Source: Caecitellus pseudoparvulus
Taxonomy: Eukaryota > Protista > Bigyra: Bicosoecida
Direction of reading: 5' to 3'
Length of the DNA: 64,000 nucleotides
Assembly (NCBI GenBank): GCA_965644315.1
Contig: CBFFRQ010000043.1
Coordinates: forward strand, 434,001-498,000
A program made the position numbers and the translations under genes. The notes beneath the pieces are model-generated. The model made no database searches and was not told where the DNA came from. It saw only the letters and a list, made by a program, of their open reading frames with translations. Within the stretch, counting starts at the first letter, position 1. Every line of letters starts with the position of its first letter. Shown piece after piece: positions 46,922-59,714 of this stretch.

Positions 46922-49900
46922 TCACGGGGTGCTGTGCTTGCCAGCTTCTTCGTCCACCTCCGCATCCACTGCCTGAGATGCCACGGCCTCTGCAGGGGTG
47001 CGTGGTTCAGGTGGGCCCAGCTCGCGTGGCCGTGTGAGGGTGGAGGCATGGTAGAACAGCGCCTTGGTGAGGGCCACCCACCGGCGGTCCCACTGACACG
47101 CCGCCGCCCACCTGTCCGCGTACCGCCCCTCGATGTCCAACACAACTTGCCTGTGTACCTGCCCAAACCGAGCAAAGCCCTCATCCCTCGCTGCAATGGC
47201 ATGCCGCATGCCGCTGGAGTACATGGACACGAAGCTTCCGATGTGCGGCAGCAAGCCCAAGACAGCACTCAGCACCCTGCCCTGCCACTGCGCGTGTGCC
47301 TGCGCCACTGCCTCAAGGGGGGCGGGGAACTGGAAGCGGCATCCTCGAGCGGAGTGGAAGGGGTCAACTTTCACCAGCGCCGCTGCGGCGGCGAGGTCAG
47401 CTGCCAGTTCCTCGTCATCATCGCCCACCTCGTCCCCACCGCCGCCTGCTGCCTCTGCAGGTGGCGGGGAGACGCCCTTGCCTCTCGGCGTGCTGCGCTT
47501 CGAGCTGCGTCCAGAGGCACGCGTGGGTTCCAAGCCCGTAGCTGGCTCCTCCACTCCTGAGCCCGAAGGCACTCTGCCGCGTAGCATGGCGTTGGCCACC
47601 GCCTGCACCCGGTCCAGCAGCCCCTCCACACCGCCATCAGGCAGGGCCCCGTCACCCGTGCCAGGGAACAGGCTCGCTAGCAGCCGCTCGCACACGTCAG
47701 CATGCGCCAGGCACATGCCAATGTCTTGCGGAGGTGGGGGCGCAGAAGGCGCATCTGACGTCGCAGCGGCACCCTTGCCACGAGAAGAAGGCGTGGACGC
47801 CTTACTCTTGGGGCTCTTGCTGGGTCGGGGGCTCTTGCGGCTGGAACCCTTGCCCGCGCCTGCCGCGCCTCTCAGATCAGCGGCGGCAGAGGCCGCTTCG
47901 GCTAAGCTGCCAGCCGCGGCGGCCGGCCCCCCAACTCCCTCGATCCACTGCGGGGCTGCCTCCAACGCCATTGCCCTGTGCATGAGCAGGGCCCACGCAG
48001 GTACGGCCTGGCCCTCCGCTGCACAACCGAAGAGGGCGGCTGGGTGGGGAACGCCAGGCCAGCGCTTCAGGCGGTAGGCATCTGTGGGCACGCCTGCTCC
48101 ATCTGCGGAGCAGCCTTCCATGGCAGGCACCCACGTGCTGGGGGCAGTCGGGCTGATCTGAGCTTCGGCTTCCGCTGCTGCTGCTGGCTGGGGTTTCTTG
48201 CCTTTGCCCTTCTCTGAGCGGGGGCTCGACTTGCGGGAGCCAGGCTGGGACACGGGCTCTTCCGGAGCAGCCGCCTCCTCAGCGGCCCGCCGTGCCAGGC
48301 GCTTTCGCAGGCGCTTAAGGGAGATGCGCTGTCCACCCCGGACATCTGCAGCATCCTCCACGATACCGGCGGCCTCTCCGGCCGCAGCTGCAGAGAGGGT
48401 GCCAGCTCCCCCGGCATCAGGCACAGGGGCCAAGGATGCTGCCATGTCCGACGGTGGCGCCGGGGGTGCTTCGCCGGTGCTCTGGCGCTTCGAGCCAGAG
48501 CCCGGTGAAGAAGCTGCAGAGCCAGCGCCCTCGGCAACAGCTGTAGTCGTCGCGCCCACGAACAGGGTGGCGTCTGGCGACACAACCAGCTCCGCTTCCT
48601 CGCCGGGTACCACGGCCAAGTCAGCGGGGATGGGCAGCGCGTCCACCTCCGCCACCACCGCCGCCACGTTGAACAGCACCTTGCGTGTGAAAGCCCCTGC
48701 AGCCTGGCGACGCGTGCGCAGCTCCTCCCGCCGTGCGCGCCACAGGAGGGCTTTGGCCTCCTCCGCACGCCCAGCCTCCACGCGCACCAGCTGCAACAGT
48801 TCCTCGCGGCGGTTGGGGTCTGCCAGCTGAGGGACCAGGCGCTGCTCGTGTGAGAGCCGCACCTCCTCCAGCACGCCCAGCAGACGTCCAGCGCGCTTGC
48901 CAGCGCGCTCATGCACTGTTGTGGCCTGCGCAGTGGCTCGCGCCACGACGTCGGATACACAAAGGGCAGGCGCGTTGGCGAGCAAGCCAGACAGCCGCAC
49001 CACTTGGTCTCGGAAGCGCCCCAGCTGCCGCGTGCGGGACTCCACAGCGCGCTGCATCTGGGAGGCACAGAACTCCAGCAGGGACTCTGGCAGGTCCTCC
49101 TCGCCCTGCAGCGCCTTGCCCTCCCGCTCGAACATGGCCAGCGTGTCTGTGCGCACGCCATCCAGGGCAGCTTGCACCGTCTCCAAGAAGGTGTTGGCTG
49201 CTCCGAATGCCACAGTCTCCCCCACGCCACCTCCCTTAAGGACCGCTGCGTGGCGCCCTGACGAGGCACGTGAGCCGGCGCTGTCGCCGCCTGCAGACTC
49301 GGCCGTCGTGGGCCGGGACGCCTCCTTGTCCGTTGCCTCGGTGCGGCGCCCTGCCTCCAGGGGCGGGCTGCCATGGGCCGGGTGGGCCACGGGAAGAATG
49401 CCGAACGCTGCCGCAAGCGCCTCCTCCACGCTGTTCAGGCCGGGGGTCAAGCCTGCGCTGACTGAAGGCCGGTTCGCCTGCTGACTGAGGGTATCTTGCA
49501 GCAGTGGCCAGGCGAAGGGCGCTGCCTCTGTAGGCCAGGCATAGTGCGACTCCCCACCCGCCACACCGTGCAGCAGGGCCGCAGAGACAGCGTCAGGCGG
49601 CAAGGCACCGCTGGACGTACCTGCAGCCAGCGTGCCAGCAAGCTCTGCTAGCGACGCGAAGGATGGGTAAGGGGACTGGAGCACCTCACTCGCCTGTCCA
49701 CTAGACGCCGTGTGCTCGCCGCCCGCGCTAGGGGGCAGCGTTCCGGGCACCAGGGGGGCTGGAGCGACTTGTGCCGCAGCCGCCGGACCCAGCTGACCGC
49801 TGGCCAGGACCCCTGCCGCTTGCAACACAGCCACACTGGCACCAGCTGGTGCCGATGCAGGAGCAAGGCTTGCAAGGGCAGTGGCTGCGGCGCTGTGCAG

Positions 49901-52900
49901 CTCGGCAGGGGACGGCAATCCCCAGCGCATGCCAGGGTGTGTGGCCGGCACCCCCTTCCCCGCTGGTGCCTCGGCACGGGGAGAAAGGGAGGGGCCACTG
50001 TCGCCCAGGAGCACTTCGTGCCCTGCCTCGCCAAGCAGGCCCCAAACCAGGGCAGGGGAAACCTTGGCACCGGCACTAGCGCCCGTACCTCGTCCGCTGC
50101 CTTTGCTCTTCGGCGTGCTGCTGGCAGAGGTGGTTGCAGGAGGCGCCAAGCCCTCGATCGCTGCAGCCCGGGAGGCAATGCCCACCACCTGCTCTGGGTC
50201 CAGCAAGTGAGTGGGGGGGGCATCGTCGAAGGTTGGGTAGCCGCCCTGGGGCAGTGGTCGCACACTAGCCTTGAATGCATCCAGGAAGCGCCCACGGTCC
50301 CCCATCTCCCGCCGGAGCCAAGCCAGCACACGGCGAATGCGCAGGGACAGAGGAGCAGGCACTGTGGCGACTTTCCAGCTGGGTTGCCCGTCAGCGGCAG
50401 AGTTGGGGAGGACCAGCGCCAGCTCGTCTTCACGCCATTCCCCGACGCAGTGGGCGGGTGGGACTGCGGGCTGCGTGCCTGGCTGGCACTGCAGCAAGGC
50501 CTCCAACTCATCGAGGCGAGCTGAAATGGCCCGCTCGCCAGTTTCACACCAGGCAAAGGCAGTGCGGACCTTTTCCTGCCCCACGCGCCGAGGGGCCCCA
50601 TGCTTCACACCCAGTCCTTCCCGCAAGGACAAGTCGGCCAACGCCTCGTCGTGTTCGGCGTGCAGCTGAGCGAAAGTGCTCTGCACATCTTGCATGGCGG
50701 CGTGTATGGAGGAGAGAGCGCCCTCCCATTCACCAACAGATGTCTGCAGTGCGCTCTCATCCTGCCTGAACTGCTCATGCAGCTGATCCAGCTCAGGCAC
50801 AGCCCAATCGCCGCCCTCTGAGAAGGGCACGCAGGTGCGCAGGAAGTCGTTGTTGGAAGCATGTAGCGCCTTTACGCCCAACTGGATGAGGGACTGGAGG
50901 CGGCGCAGCGCCTCCTCGTAGCCATCGCGCACCTCTCCCAGTACCTGCTTGGCACGGTGCAGCACGCCCTGCAGCCTGGCCAAGTCCTCCTGGTCGTGCA
51001 CCACCGCCTCTAGGTTACGTAGGCGCTCCCGCCCCTCAGCAAGGTCACGCAGCACGGCTGCCACCGCTGCCTCCCACTCTGCCTGCAGGTCTTGCACACG
51101 GGCATGCCACGCACGGCTGTGCTTGCGCACCTTCTGGGCATGGGCGAGGAGAGCAGCGCCTCGCGGCTCCCTTACCCGGGTTTCCAGCCGCCCAGCTCGC
51201 GGCCAGTGCCGGCGCAGTCGCTCCTCCAGCGCCGTGCCAGCGACGGAGCGCACGCCCTGCGCCAAGTCGTGGGCGGCAGCCGCACGGGCCATGGACACCT
51301 GACCAAGAGTGGCCAGCAGGTCCTGGCGCAGCGCAGAGAGCAGCGACAAGACCGTGTCAGGCTCCAGGCGCAGGCGCCGCATGGCTGGGGCTCCTGTGGG
51401 GTCCAAGGGGGTCCCCTGCGCATCCTCGACACCTGCACTGTACATCTCCAACTCGGCCGGCGAGGGAAAGCCCTCCACACGCTTCTGGGCTGCGATGGCT
51501 GCAGCCTCAGCTTCTGCCGCCACGGCTGCCTCACGTTCTGCAGCGGCCTGGGCAGCTGCAGCAGCCTCCTCTGCCGCCTGCTCCTCCGAGACCTTCTTGC
51601 CCCGGCCGCTGCCTTTCTTTTTCGAGCTTGCCGAGGAAGCCGCAGCCTCCTCCTCTTGTGCTGCTGCCCTGGCCCTCACTTCCTCTGCAGCGGCGCGGGC
51701 GGCAGCTTCGGCCTCAGCCTGTGCGGCCTGAGTTTGGCTCGTCCACGGAATGTGCACGAGGCTCTGCGCCAGGGCAGCGAGCGGAAAGGCCTCCTTGTAG
51801 CAGTCAGCAGGGGGGAGCGGCCCAGGGTGGTGCCCATGTGGCAGTGGGTTAGCTTCAGGGGCGGTACCTGGACGGAAGGAGGTGACAGACGCTTCTGCAG
51901 CAAGGCTCGCCTGATCAGGGGTGCCGCCGGGCGACGCCGGCTGCCCCGCCGATGTAGAGGCGTCCAAGACATCTGCGGCAGCCTTGGCGATGCTCTGCAA
52001 CGCTTGCGGGCGAGGGGCTGGCACGGAAACAACGTCCAGGCCCCCAGATTCCCCACCAGCAGCGCTGCTTCTGCTTGTGGGATTCATATCAAACGGGTCA
52101 GCCAAGGGTGGTGCCTCGCTGGCATCCTCACCGCTGGCCACCTCACCAGGGCCAGCCCCGCTGCCGGACGCAGCCCCCGCAGGGGAGACGGCAGGCGCCT
52201 CCAGATCGTCGAGGCTCTGAGGCTGCGCTGGTGGAGATGGCTGGGCCCACTCGTCGGAGCCGCCCCAAAAGGGCGCATCCTCTAGAGGTGACACCTTCAA
52301 ACGCCCCAGTGCTCGTTGTGCAACGGTGAGTGGAGACAAGGGCACCAGTGGCGGCCCATCAGTATCGTCACGCTCCCCCTCTTTGTGCTCCGTCCCAGGT
52401 GCCTCACTGCCGCTGTCAGTGCCAAACTCCAACTCCATGTTGTGAGGGCCCCAGTCCAAGGCGTCCGGTGCAGACTCGAGCGGGCCGAGCAGGCGTGCTT
52501 CCTCTGCATCAGCTCCTGCTGCAACAGCTGCGTCCAAGGGCACGCGATCCTCCAAGTCCAGTGCACGGTAGGCGGCACGAAGGCCGGCAAGCTCCTCCGG
52601 CTCCAGTTCCTGCAAGTCTGCTGGCTCGCTAAGGGCAGGGTCCTCTTCTTCCTCTGCCTCCTGACCTGCAGGTGCCCGACTGCCCCCCTTGCTGGAAGGC
52701 TTCTTGGCAGCAGCTGGCTTCTTCTTTGCGCTGCTTGGTTTCTTCCTCCCCTTCGTCGGAGTGCTCGACTCTGGCTCGGGCACGACTGCGACGCCCGCCT
52801 CCACGAGGGCCCGCATGCGCGTCACCCACACGCCCTGGCGGTGCTCAAGCACAGCCTGTGCGATAGCTTGCCTTGTAGCCGCGGGAGTGCCGTCGATGGC

Positions 52901-55815
52901 TGCCCCCCCCTGAAAGAAGACGCCGAGGGCGCCACATAGGCCCCGGCGCAAGGCTCGTGAGTGCACTTGTACATGCACAGGGTGCGACCTTGCTAGCGCA
53001 GACACCGTGGCCTGCAGGTCGCGGTAGTGCTCTTCAATGATGCCCAGCTGCTGCAGCGCCGTGGCGTTGCGGGCTTCCAGCTCTGACTCTGTCGCAGCTT
53101 CCGCAACAGCCACCTCATGGGCCTCGAAGGCACTCTCAAGGACCCCACCCCGTGTCTGAAACGCCGCCTCGGCGTGCTGCAGCGCCAGCGCAACGACCTC
53201 ATTCAGCTTCAACTCCCGCCCAATGTGCCTCTCCACCAGCCCCGCCACCGCTTCCATCCATGCACACAGGCGGTCGCTGCCTGCGGCAAGCAGTTCCCCC
53301 TGAGCCTGCAAGGCCAAGCCCAAGCGGCGCAGCAGGGCGGCGCCTTCCCTTCGACGTCGCTGCAGGAGGGGCACAACTTTCTCTTCGATTTCAGCGTCTA
53401 CAGCGGCGTTGGCAGTGCCCTGGGCACGCAGCCCTTCCTGTAGGTCAGCTACAGCCTGCACTGCCTCTGCTGGCAAGTCACACACGCTCAGCAGCATGCC
53501 CAGTCGCCGCTGGAGCTTGCGCAGCTCAGCCAGAGGCAGCGAGCTGCCGAGTGCAGCAGACGCACGGTCAGTCATCTGAGAGGCAAGGGCAGTGCGCCCA
53601 GCAGTGCGGCTGGAGCGAGCGGAGCCTGCCGTGGAGCCTGCCGCACCGGAGGCTGTGCGGGCCACGCTGGCCGGCCCGCCGCCGCCACGTGACGAGCGGG
53701 CGCCACTTTGGGCCGAGAACTTCACTGAGCGTGCAGTGCCCATGCCGCCACGGGATCGCCTGGCTGAACCGGCAAAGGAGGCGCCCCCTCCCAGAGCGGT
53801 GCCAGTGGCGTCGGCGCCTCCCCCGGGCAGCATGCCAGCAGTGGACAGGGCTGCACTGAGGGCATCCGGGAGGCTAAGCCCTGCGTTGGTCAAGGCAGTG
53901 GCGACTTCTGATGCGATTTCCAAGAGGCCCTCCAGCACCTCCTCCACCGCCACCACGAAACCCGCCTCCAGACCAGGCGCTGTGCTCACCCGGCGCACCT
54001 GGCTCAGCAGCGTCGCCAGCAGCTTTGGCACCGCGCCCCGGCGACACCCACGCATGGCAGTGAGGGTGTCCAAGGCGCCGCTGCGGGCCGCTTCCCGGCC
54101 AGCCGCCTCAAGCGGCTTTAAGATGTCGGCGCACACCAGCAGCACGCCACACCGCGTGCTGAGTGACTCCACGCTGCCTGGCTGCACGACACCATGGGAC
54201 TCGGCTTCTGCAGCCAGGGCAGAGAGCTCCCCACGCAGCCCCCCCGCGTTCCGGAACACTGCCTCCATGTCAGGAGACTCCACGATCTGCCGGAGGGCAG
54301 CTGCGAGGCCGGGCAGGCCAGCAGGGGGCGCCAGGGCACTGAACGAATGCAGCGTCCAACGCAGCTGCCCCATGGCTGCGTCACCAGCTGCCATGGCGGC
54401 GTCCTGGGCCTCTGACACGGCCTCAAAGGCTGCGGCTGTCGCCCGCTGCTCCTCCGCGGACACCTCAGTCAGTTGCTGATGTACGGCTTGCACAGCGGCA
54501 GGTGTGAAGTCTGCAGCCGCTGCCCGCACTGCATCGTGGCTGCCAGTGTCAGTGCCGGTGGGGCCCAAGGTGCGTGGGCGCATGCTGAGCAGCTGGCGCA
54601 CGATGGGCATACGCTGGCCCTCGTGCCAGTGCTCCTGGACCTCGTGCAGGTGCTGCACCGCTTGCACACGCCCAGGTGGGTTCACAAACTCGTCCGACTG
54701 CAGCCGATCAGCAGCTGCAGCCAGGGCTGCAGCGTGCTGGGCCTGCCGCCAGGCAGTCATGACGTCTGCCCGCCACGCCTTGCGGTGCTTGCCCCTGCTC
54801 AAAATGGCAGCCTTGCGCAGTTCAGCCAGGGTGCCGGCCGCGTCAGCGCGGTTGCGCATAACCAGCGTGTTGATCTCGTGCGCCTGGCCCTCCACGTACC
54901 GCTCCAACTCCTGCACCAGAAGGTGCCCGATGTCCACGGTCTCCTTCAGCAGCTCGGCCAGGCGGGCGCCCAGCTCCTGGGCCCGGGCTGCCTCCACACC
55001 GTCCAGGAAGTCCTCAAAAGCAGCTAAGCGCTGGTCTTTTTCCTGGTCCAAGCTTTCAACACGCGCTCCGACGTCCCGAACTTGGGCCTCGTCCATGCCC
55101 AGCAACGTCTGCTTGTTGGAGTGCGCGGCCAAGCACTCCTGTACCTGCGCCTCCAGGCCAGCAAGGTCCTCGCGCAGGGCACGCCCTGCAGCAAGGACCC
55201 GGTCTTCCACTGCTGCGTAGTACGCCTTGCGATCTGCCTCCCAGGCGGCGATGGCCTTGTCGTGCGCCACTCTTCGTTTCGCATTCATGGCATGCACCCC
55301 TGCGAAACCAGTCTTGCTTTGGGCGACCGGCACTTCCGATTGTGGGAGTGCCGCAACTGCATCCACTTCAGCTTCACCTTCCCTCCTTGCTTCGGCTTTC
55401 GCGTCCTGACGCAGCTTCGGCAGCAGTCTGTGGGGGAGGGTGGCGGCCGGGTGTGAGCAGTTTCCGCACTCTGCCCTCACGCAAGGTCGACCAGCCTGCC
55501 GGGCCTGCTGGCGGGCAAGTCAGCGAGGGGACAAAACCCTCGAAGTACAGTGCATGTGGGATTCGAGGCACGGTCTGACCTTCTGCTCAACTGCTGAGTT
55601 CGCGGCCAGACACAGCGCTCAGCGTGGCAACAACCCAAGATCGCGCAAACGCACCCTGCTTGCATAGGTTGTCCAGTTGAAGGGTCCAGGGGCATGCTGT
55701 CTGCGGCAGTTGGTGCCGACTGCGTACCAAACTGTTTCCTAGGATACCTCAGGCTGGCCATCAGTGCCGTCTCGGCCTCTGCCCGGCCGGGCAACAGTCC
55801 TCCTGCTCTGGCCAT
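46922..55815 (-). CDS. CCDC180: CCDC180/CFAP76-like ciliary coiled-coil protein (DUF4455/DUF4456); main exon 55427-46922 plus one or two short 5' exons; ~2900 aa
   Basis: Recalled family motifs: IGHLLVQELERYVEGQAHEINTLVMRNR, LEERLRRHWPRAGRLE..R..LLAH, FSEGGDW, HEQRLVPQLADPNRREEL. A likely intron at 55480-55428; the upstream exon structure is uncertain. Confidence 0.75.
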
Positions 55816-56366
55816 GCTGTGTCGCAGGAAGTTCGCTCACTGCCACTGGGCGGTCTGCGCCCAAGGCTCCCCTGCTCAGGAGCAGCAGCGGCAGCTTTTG
55901 AACACGGAGCCACGCAGGGTGACAGCGCAGCAAGCCTCAAGAGTCGTTGGTGACAGTGGCGAGCTGCAGCTTCTCAAGTTGGCACAGATCTGCCTTGCTG
56001 CCGGCCTCACGGCCGCGTCGAGTGAAGATGCTTGGCAGCGCGTGGACTTGCACGGGACAGCTGCATGGGACATGTTGCATGCCACGGGCTGGTCACGGAA
56101 TTTGTGTCTGGTTGCGAGCAGTGAGCCAGAGCTACGAGCTGGGGCTGAGCAGCTGCAGCCTGTGTAGCCCAAGCCGCCTGCTTCGCAATTCCCCCCCATG
56201 GAAAAACGCAAAGTGCAAGGAAAGGATTCTTGTCATGCTTTTGCTTTGTAGCCTTCTATTTGCCGTCTCTACTTTGGTTGAATGTACCAAGGCCGTTTCA
56301 AAAGCAGCAGCGTGGCCTCGGCCAAAACTCCCACGAAACGCATCCGCCCAAGTTCGCCGCCTAAGC

Positions 56367-59300
56367 ATGAGCCAAGAAGCTGAGGCAGCACCTGTGGGCC
56401 TTCACGGTGGAGCGATTGAGGGAAGTGTCTCGTCAGCTTCTTCAGACACGGAGGATCTGGCGTCTCTGGATGGGCTGCTGGCGCAAGCTCTGCAGGACAG
56501 CTCACCAGTGTCTGGCCCTGGCGCCGTTGACGATGCTGACTTCGGCCATGGCAGCCCCCTGGGCGCAGATACCTTGAGAGAAATGCGGAATCTGGGCAGT
56601 GGGGTGGAGGACAGCCCCGAAGCGGCTGCAGCCTTCGCAGCCCTGCCATCTCCTGACAGCCACGGCAATGCGGCGCAGATGGCGAATGGCCAGGAGCAAG
56701 CCCTGCATGGCTGGGCGGCAACGTCGCACCCTTCCAGGCCCCTGGCGACTTCTCCCGGCAAGGCATCCGAATCAAGCGGGTCTATCTCCAGTCCTGAGCA
56801 AGGCGACCCTCTAGCAAGCTTCCTGCGTGCTCACAAGGAGTTCCGGGCAGGTGACTCGGCCATCTCACCCTCCACCAGCCACGGCAGCAGTGCAGGTGCC
56901 AGGCGTGCAGGTCGCCGCCACAATGCCAGCTACGAGAGTCAGGGCGAGCCCGCCACCCGCCATGTGGTGGAGGCTGACGTGTCCCTTTTCTCGCTGTCCA
57001 GCGCAGCCACCAGCCGTGGCGAGGCAGCCCGAGCAGCGGCGGTCCGTGCCGACTCTCTCGCTGTACAAGTGAGAGAAAGCCGCGCATACATCAAGCAGCT
57101 GGAGCGCAGGTTGGAGGAGGCAGCGGCAGGTGGGGATGGCGTGGTGCAGGCCCGTCGCGAGGCAGCAGAGGCACGGCGAGAGGCCCAAACCGCCCAAGCT
57201 GCCTTGCAGCGTGCCACAGCCAGCCACGAGGCCGAGGCAAACAAGCTGCGCCAGCAGCTTGAGACTGCACTGACCGCCCGCCAAGATGCGCTGGCGCGCC
57301 TGGCTGCCGCCCGCAAAGCTGCTGCTGCACCAGCTGCACCCCAGCCGGCCAGCGGCTCCCCAAGCTCTGCGCACAGTGAGCGAGACATGGCCCTGGCCCA
57401 GGCACAGCGAATTTCAGCGCTTGAGAGGGCGCTAGCTGACGCCAAGCAGCTGCAGTCCGAAGCAGAGGCAGCTCGTGAGCGAACCCTTGCTGAGGCAGCT
57501 AGAAAAGAACGCGAAGCAGAGCTTGCCCTGCGCTCGGCAGGTACCCGGGCTGCGGCGCAGGAGGCTGCTGCGAAGGCGGCTAGAGCAGAGCGGGACGTCC
57601 TACAGAAGCAGATGCAGGCGCTGGAGTCCCGCACGGCTGACGCTGCGCGGGCCGCTGGAAGTGTGCGTGAGCTGCAGGCTGAGGTGGCAGCCCTCACTCG
57701 CCAATTGCGACGTGCTGAGCAGGCGGCAGCGCAGCGCGACGCGCCCACGCACGCAGAGGGCGCGTCTGGCGAGCAGGCAGTAGCAGCAGCACACGCGTCG
57801 GCGGAAGCGCGCCGGGCAGCGGTCGACCTTGCCACTGCCCGGATGCGGCAGGAGCGGCTTGCGGAGCGTGCCGAGGCGGCTGAAGGGGCCTTGGTGGGGG
57901 CGCGGCGAGTGGTGGATGAGGTGGGACCGCTGTGCTCCCTTGTGCGCAGCTTGGCTGTCGAGTGTGGTGTGCCAGAGGCATCGCTCCCCAGCCTTCGCGA
58001 CGGCGATGCCGAGGCTGTCGCAGTGGATGCAGTGCGGGGCAGCTGTGCCGCTGTCCAAGCTGCGCGGCTGGCTGTCCGGCGCCTGCGGGAGGCTGTGCGT
58101 TCAGCAGAGGATGACACGTCAGCTGCACAGGCGCAGGCGCACAAGCAGTCCGTTGCTGCGGAACTCCTCCGAACTGCCTTGGAACGCCAGGCGAGCGGCC
58201 AAGCCCCCCCCCACTCTTCAGCAGCAGCCGCCGCCGAAGCAGCAGTGAAGCGGCGAATCGGAGACGCGGAAGGTGCTGCCGTGTCTGCCAGTACTCAGCG
58301 TGCGCAGGTAGACATGTTGCATCGCAAGGTGAGAAGCATGGAGGAGGAGCTTGCCGCTGCCAGGCGGCGTGTGGGGGAGGTGCTGCAAGCGCGAGAAACT
58401 TCTGCCAAACGTGATGCAGAGGCGTTCACCCGGCTGCACGGCCGAGGACCCCGTCTTGGTGCGCTCGCAAATACGGCTGCGATGGCGTGTGTCCGGGTGT
58501 ACGAGGCCCGCGTCTCTGAGCTGGAGGAGGCGCTGGCTCAGGCGCGAGCCGAGAATGCTGAGCTCCGCAGTGGCCAGGCGGACTCCACTGATGGTCAGGG
58601 TTCACAGTCCAACTCAGGGCAGGCAGCGTGCGAGGAAAAGTACGAGAAGGAGGCGAAGTCGCCGACTGAGGAGTCGGTCCAAGTGCCCAGCACTGCACCC
58701 TCCGCAGCGCTCGAGCATGCATCCACTCATGCGCACCTGCACCTTGTGCGCACGCGGGCCGAAGCATCTCGTTTACGTGCAGAGGTCAGCAAGTTGACCC
58801 TCTCTCTGGGTGCGACAGCTGCACGCCTGGCGCAGACGGAGGGCGCGCTGGAGACGCTGCAATCGAAGCACACCCAGCAAACTGAAGCGCTGCAACGCAT
58901 GGTGGACAAGCTGACGTATGAGCTGAGCCAGCGGCCCAGCGTGGCTGCACACAAGCACTTACGTGAACGGGTGGCTGCTCTCGAAGCGGAGGCCGAAGCT
59001 GCTGCGGAAGCTGGCTTTGACCGAGCTGTGCTGCAGGCGCGCGCAGAGAGTCTCACATCAGAAAACAAAGCGGCGAAGCGCCTCACGCGACCTGGTGCAG
59101 CGGCTGCTCGCGACCGCGCACAGCACAGCACTCGGGGTGCAGTGGGGCGGCTGTCAAGCGAGAGTGTGTACCAGCTCCTGACTGAAGTGTGTGTGGAAGC
59201 CGGGGTTGAGGATGGGCGCTCCGCCCCAGGCGCCGTGCGAACCCTAAAAACTGCAGTATCTCATCTCCCTCTGCTGCTGAGCATTGTGCAGGCAGTGGCT

Positions 59301-59714
59301 TCCATCGGTGTGGTGTCGCGAGTCGCAACAGCCACCGCAGCAGGTGCTCTGGGTGAGCTGTGTGCGCTCAGCGGCACAGACAGCTGGCCGATCGAAGCGC
59401 CGCTGCCGCCCAGCACTACGAAGCTGCCTTCTGTTGTGCGGAGTGGCTTGGCATTTGCCATGCGTGCCGTGCACCAGGCGCTGCTGGTGCGGGCATTGTC
59501 TCGCTTCATTTGTGACCATTTGCAACGTGGCGGCATCCCGTCAGCTGGGGATCTCGGAGCAGAGATCGCCGCCATTGCATCCTCCCCACCCCCCCTGCAT
59601 GGCGACTCGGAAGGGGTTGCCGCTTGGTCGAGCAGTATGTTGCGAGGAATCGAGGCGGAGTTGGGGCAGGTGGGTGTGGGAGCCCCGCCTCAGGGCGCAG
59701 GTGTCGGGGAGTAG
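56367..59714 (+). CDS. Long coiled-coil protein, CEP70-like (centrosome/basal body); ~1115 aa
   Basis: Extended heptad-rich region. Motifs RDAEAFTRLHGRGP, ELSQRPS and LLTEVCVEAGVED..AV..LP.L resemble CEP70-family segments as I recall them. The start is chosen at MSQEAE; an upstream ATG exists at ~56236. Confidence 0.5.
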   Translation: MSQEAEAAPVGLHGGAIEGSVSSASSDTEDLASLDGLLAQALQDSSPVSGPGAVDDADFGHGSPLGADTLREMRNLGSGVEDSPEAAAAFAALPSPDSHGNAAQMANGQEQALHGWAATSHPSRPLATSPGKASESSGSISSPEQGDPLASFLRAHKEFRAGDSAISPSTSHGSSAGARRAGRRHNASYESQGEPATRHVVEADVSLFSLSSAATSRGEAARAAAVRADSLAVQVRESRAYIKQLERRLEEAAAGGDGVVQARREAAEARREAQTAQAALQRATASHEAEANKLRQQLETALTARQDALARLAAARKAAAAPAAPQPASGSPSSAHSERDMALAQAQRISALERALADAKQLQSEAEAARERTLAEAARKEREAELALRSAGTRAAAQEAAAKAARAERDVLQKQMQALESRTADAARAAGSVRELQAEVAALTRQLRRAEQAAAQRDAPTHAEGASGEQAVAAAHASAEARRAAVDLATARMRQERLAERAEAAEGALVGARRVVDEVGPLCSLVRSLAVECGVPEASLPSLRDGDAEAVAVDAVRGSCAAVQAARLAVRRLREAVRSAEDDTSAAQAQAHKQSVAAELLRTALERQASGQAPPHSSAAAAAEAAVKRRIGDAEGAAVSASTQRAQVDMLHRKVRSMEEELAAARRRVGEVLQARETSAKRDAEAFTRLHGRGPRLGALANTAAMACVRVYEARVSELEEALAQARAENAELRSGQADSTDGQGSQSNSGQAACEEKYEKEAKSPTEESVQVPSTAPSAALEHASTHAHLHLVRTRAEASRLRAEVSKLTLSLGATAARLAQTEGALETLQSKHTQQTEALQRMVDKLTYELSQRPSVAAHKHLRERVAALEAEAEAAAEAGFDRAVLQARAESLTSENKAAKRLTRPGAAAARDRAQHSTRGAVGRLSSESVYQLLTEVCVEAGVEDGRSAPGAVRTLKTAVSHLPLLLSIVQAVASIGVVSRVATATAAGALGELCALSGTDSWPIEAPLPPSTTKLPSVVRSGLAFAMRAVHQALLVRALSRFICDHLQRGGIPSAGDLGAEIAAIASSPPPLHGDSEGVAAWSSSMLRGIEAELGQVGVGAPPQGAGVGE

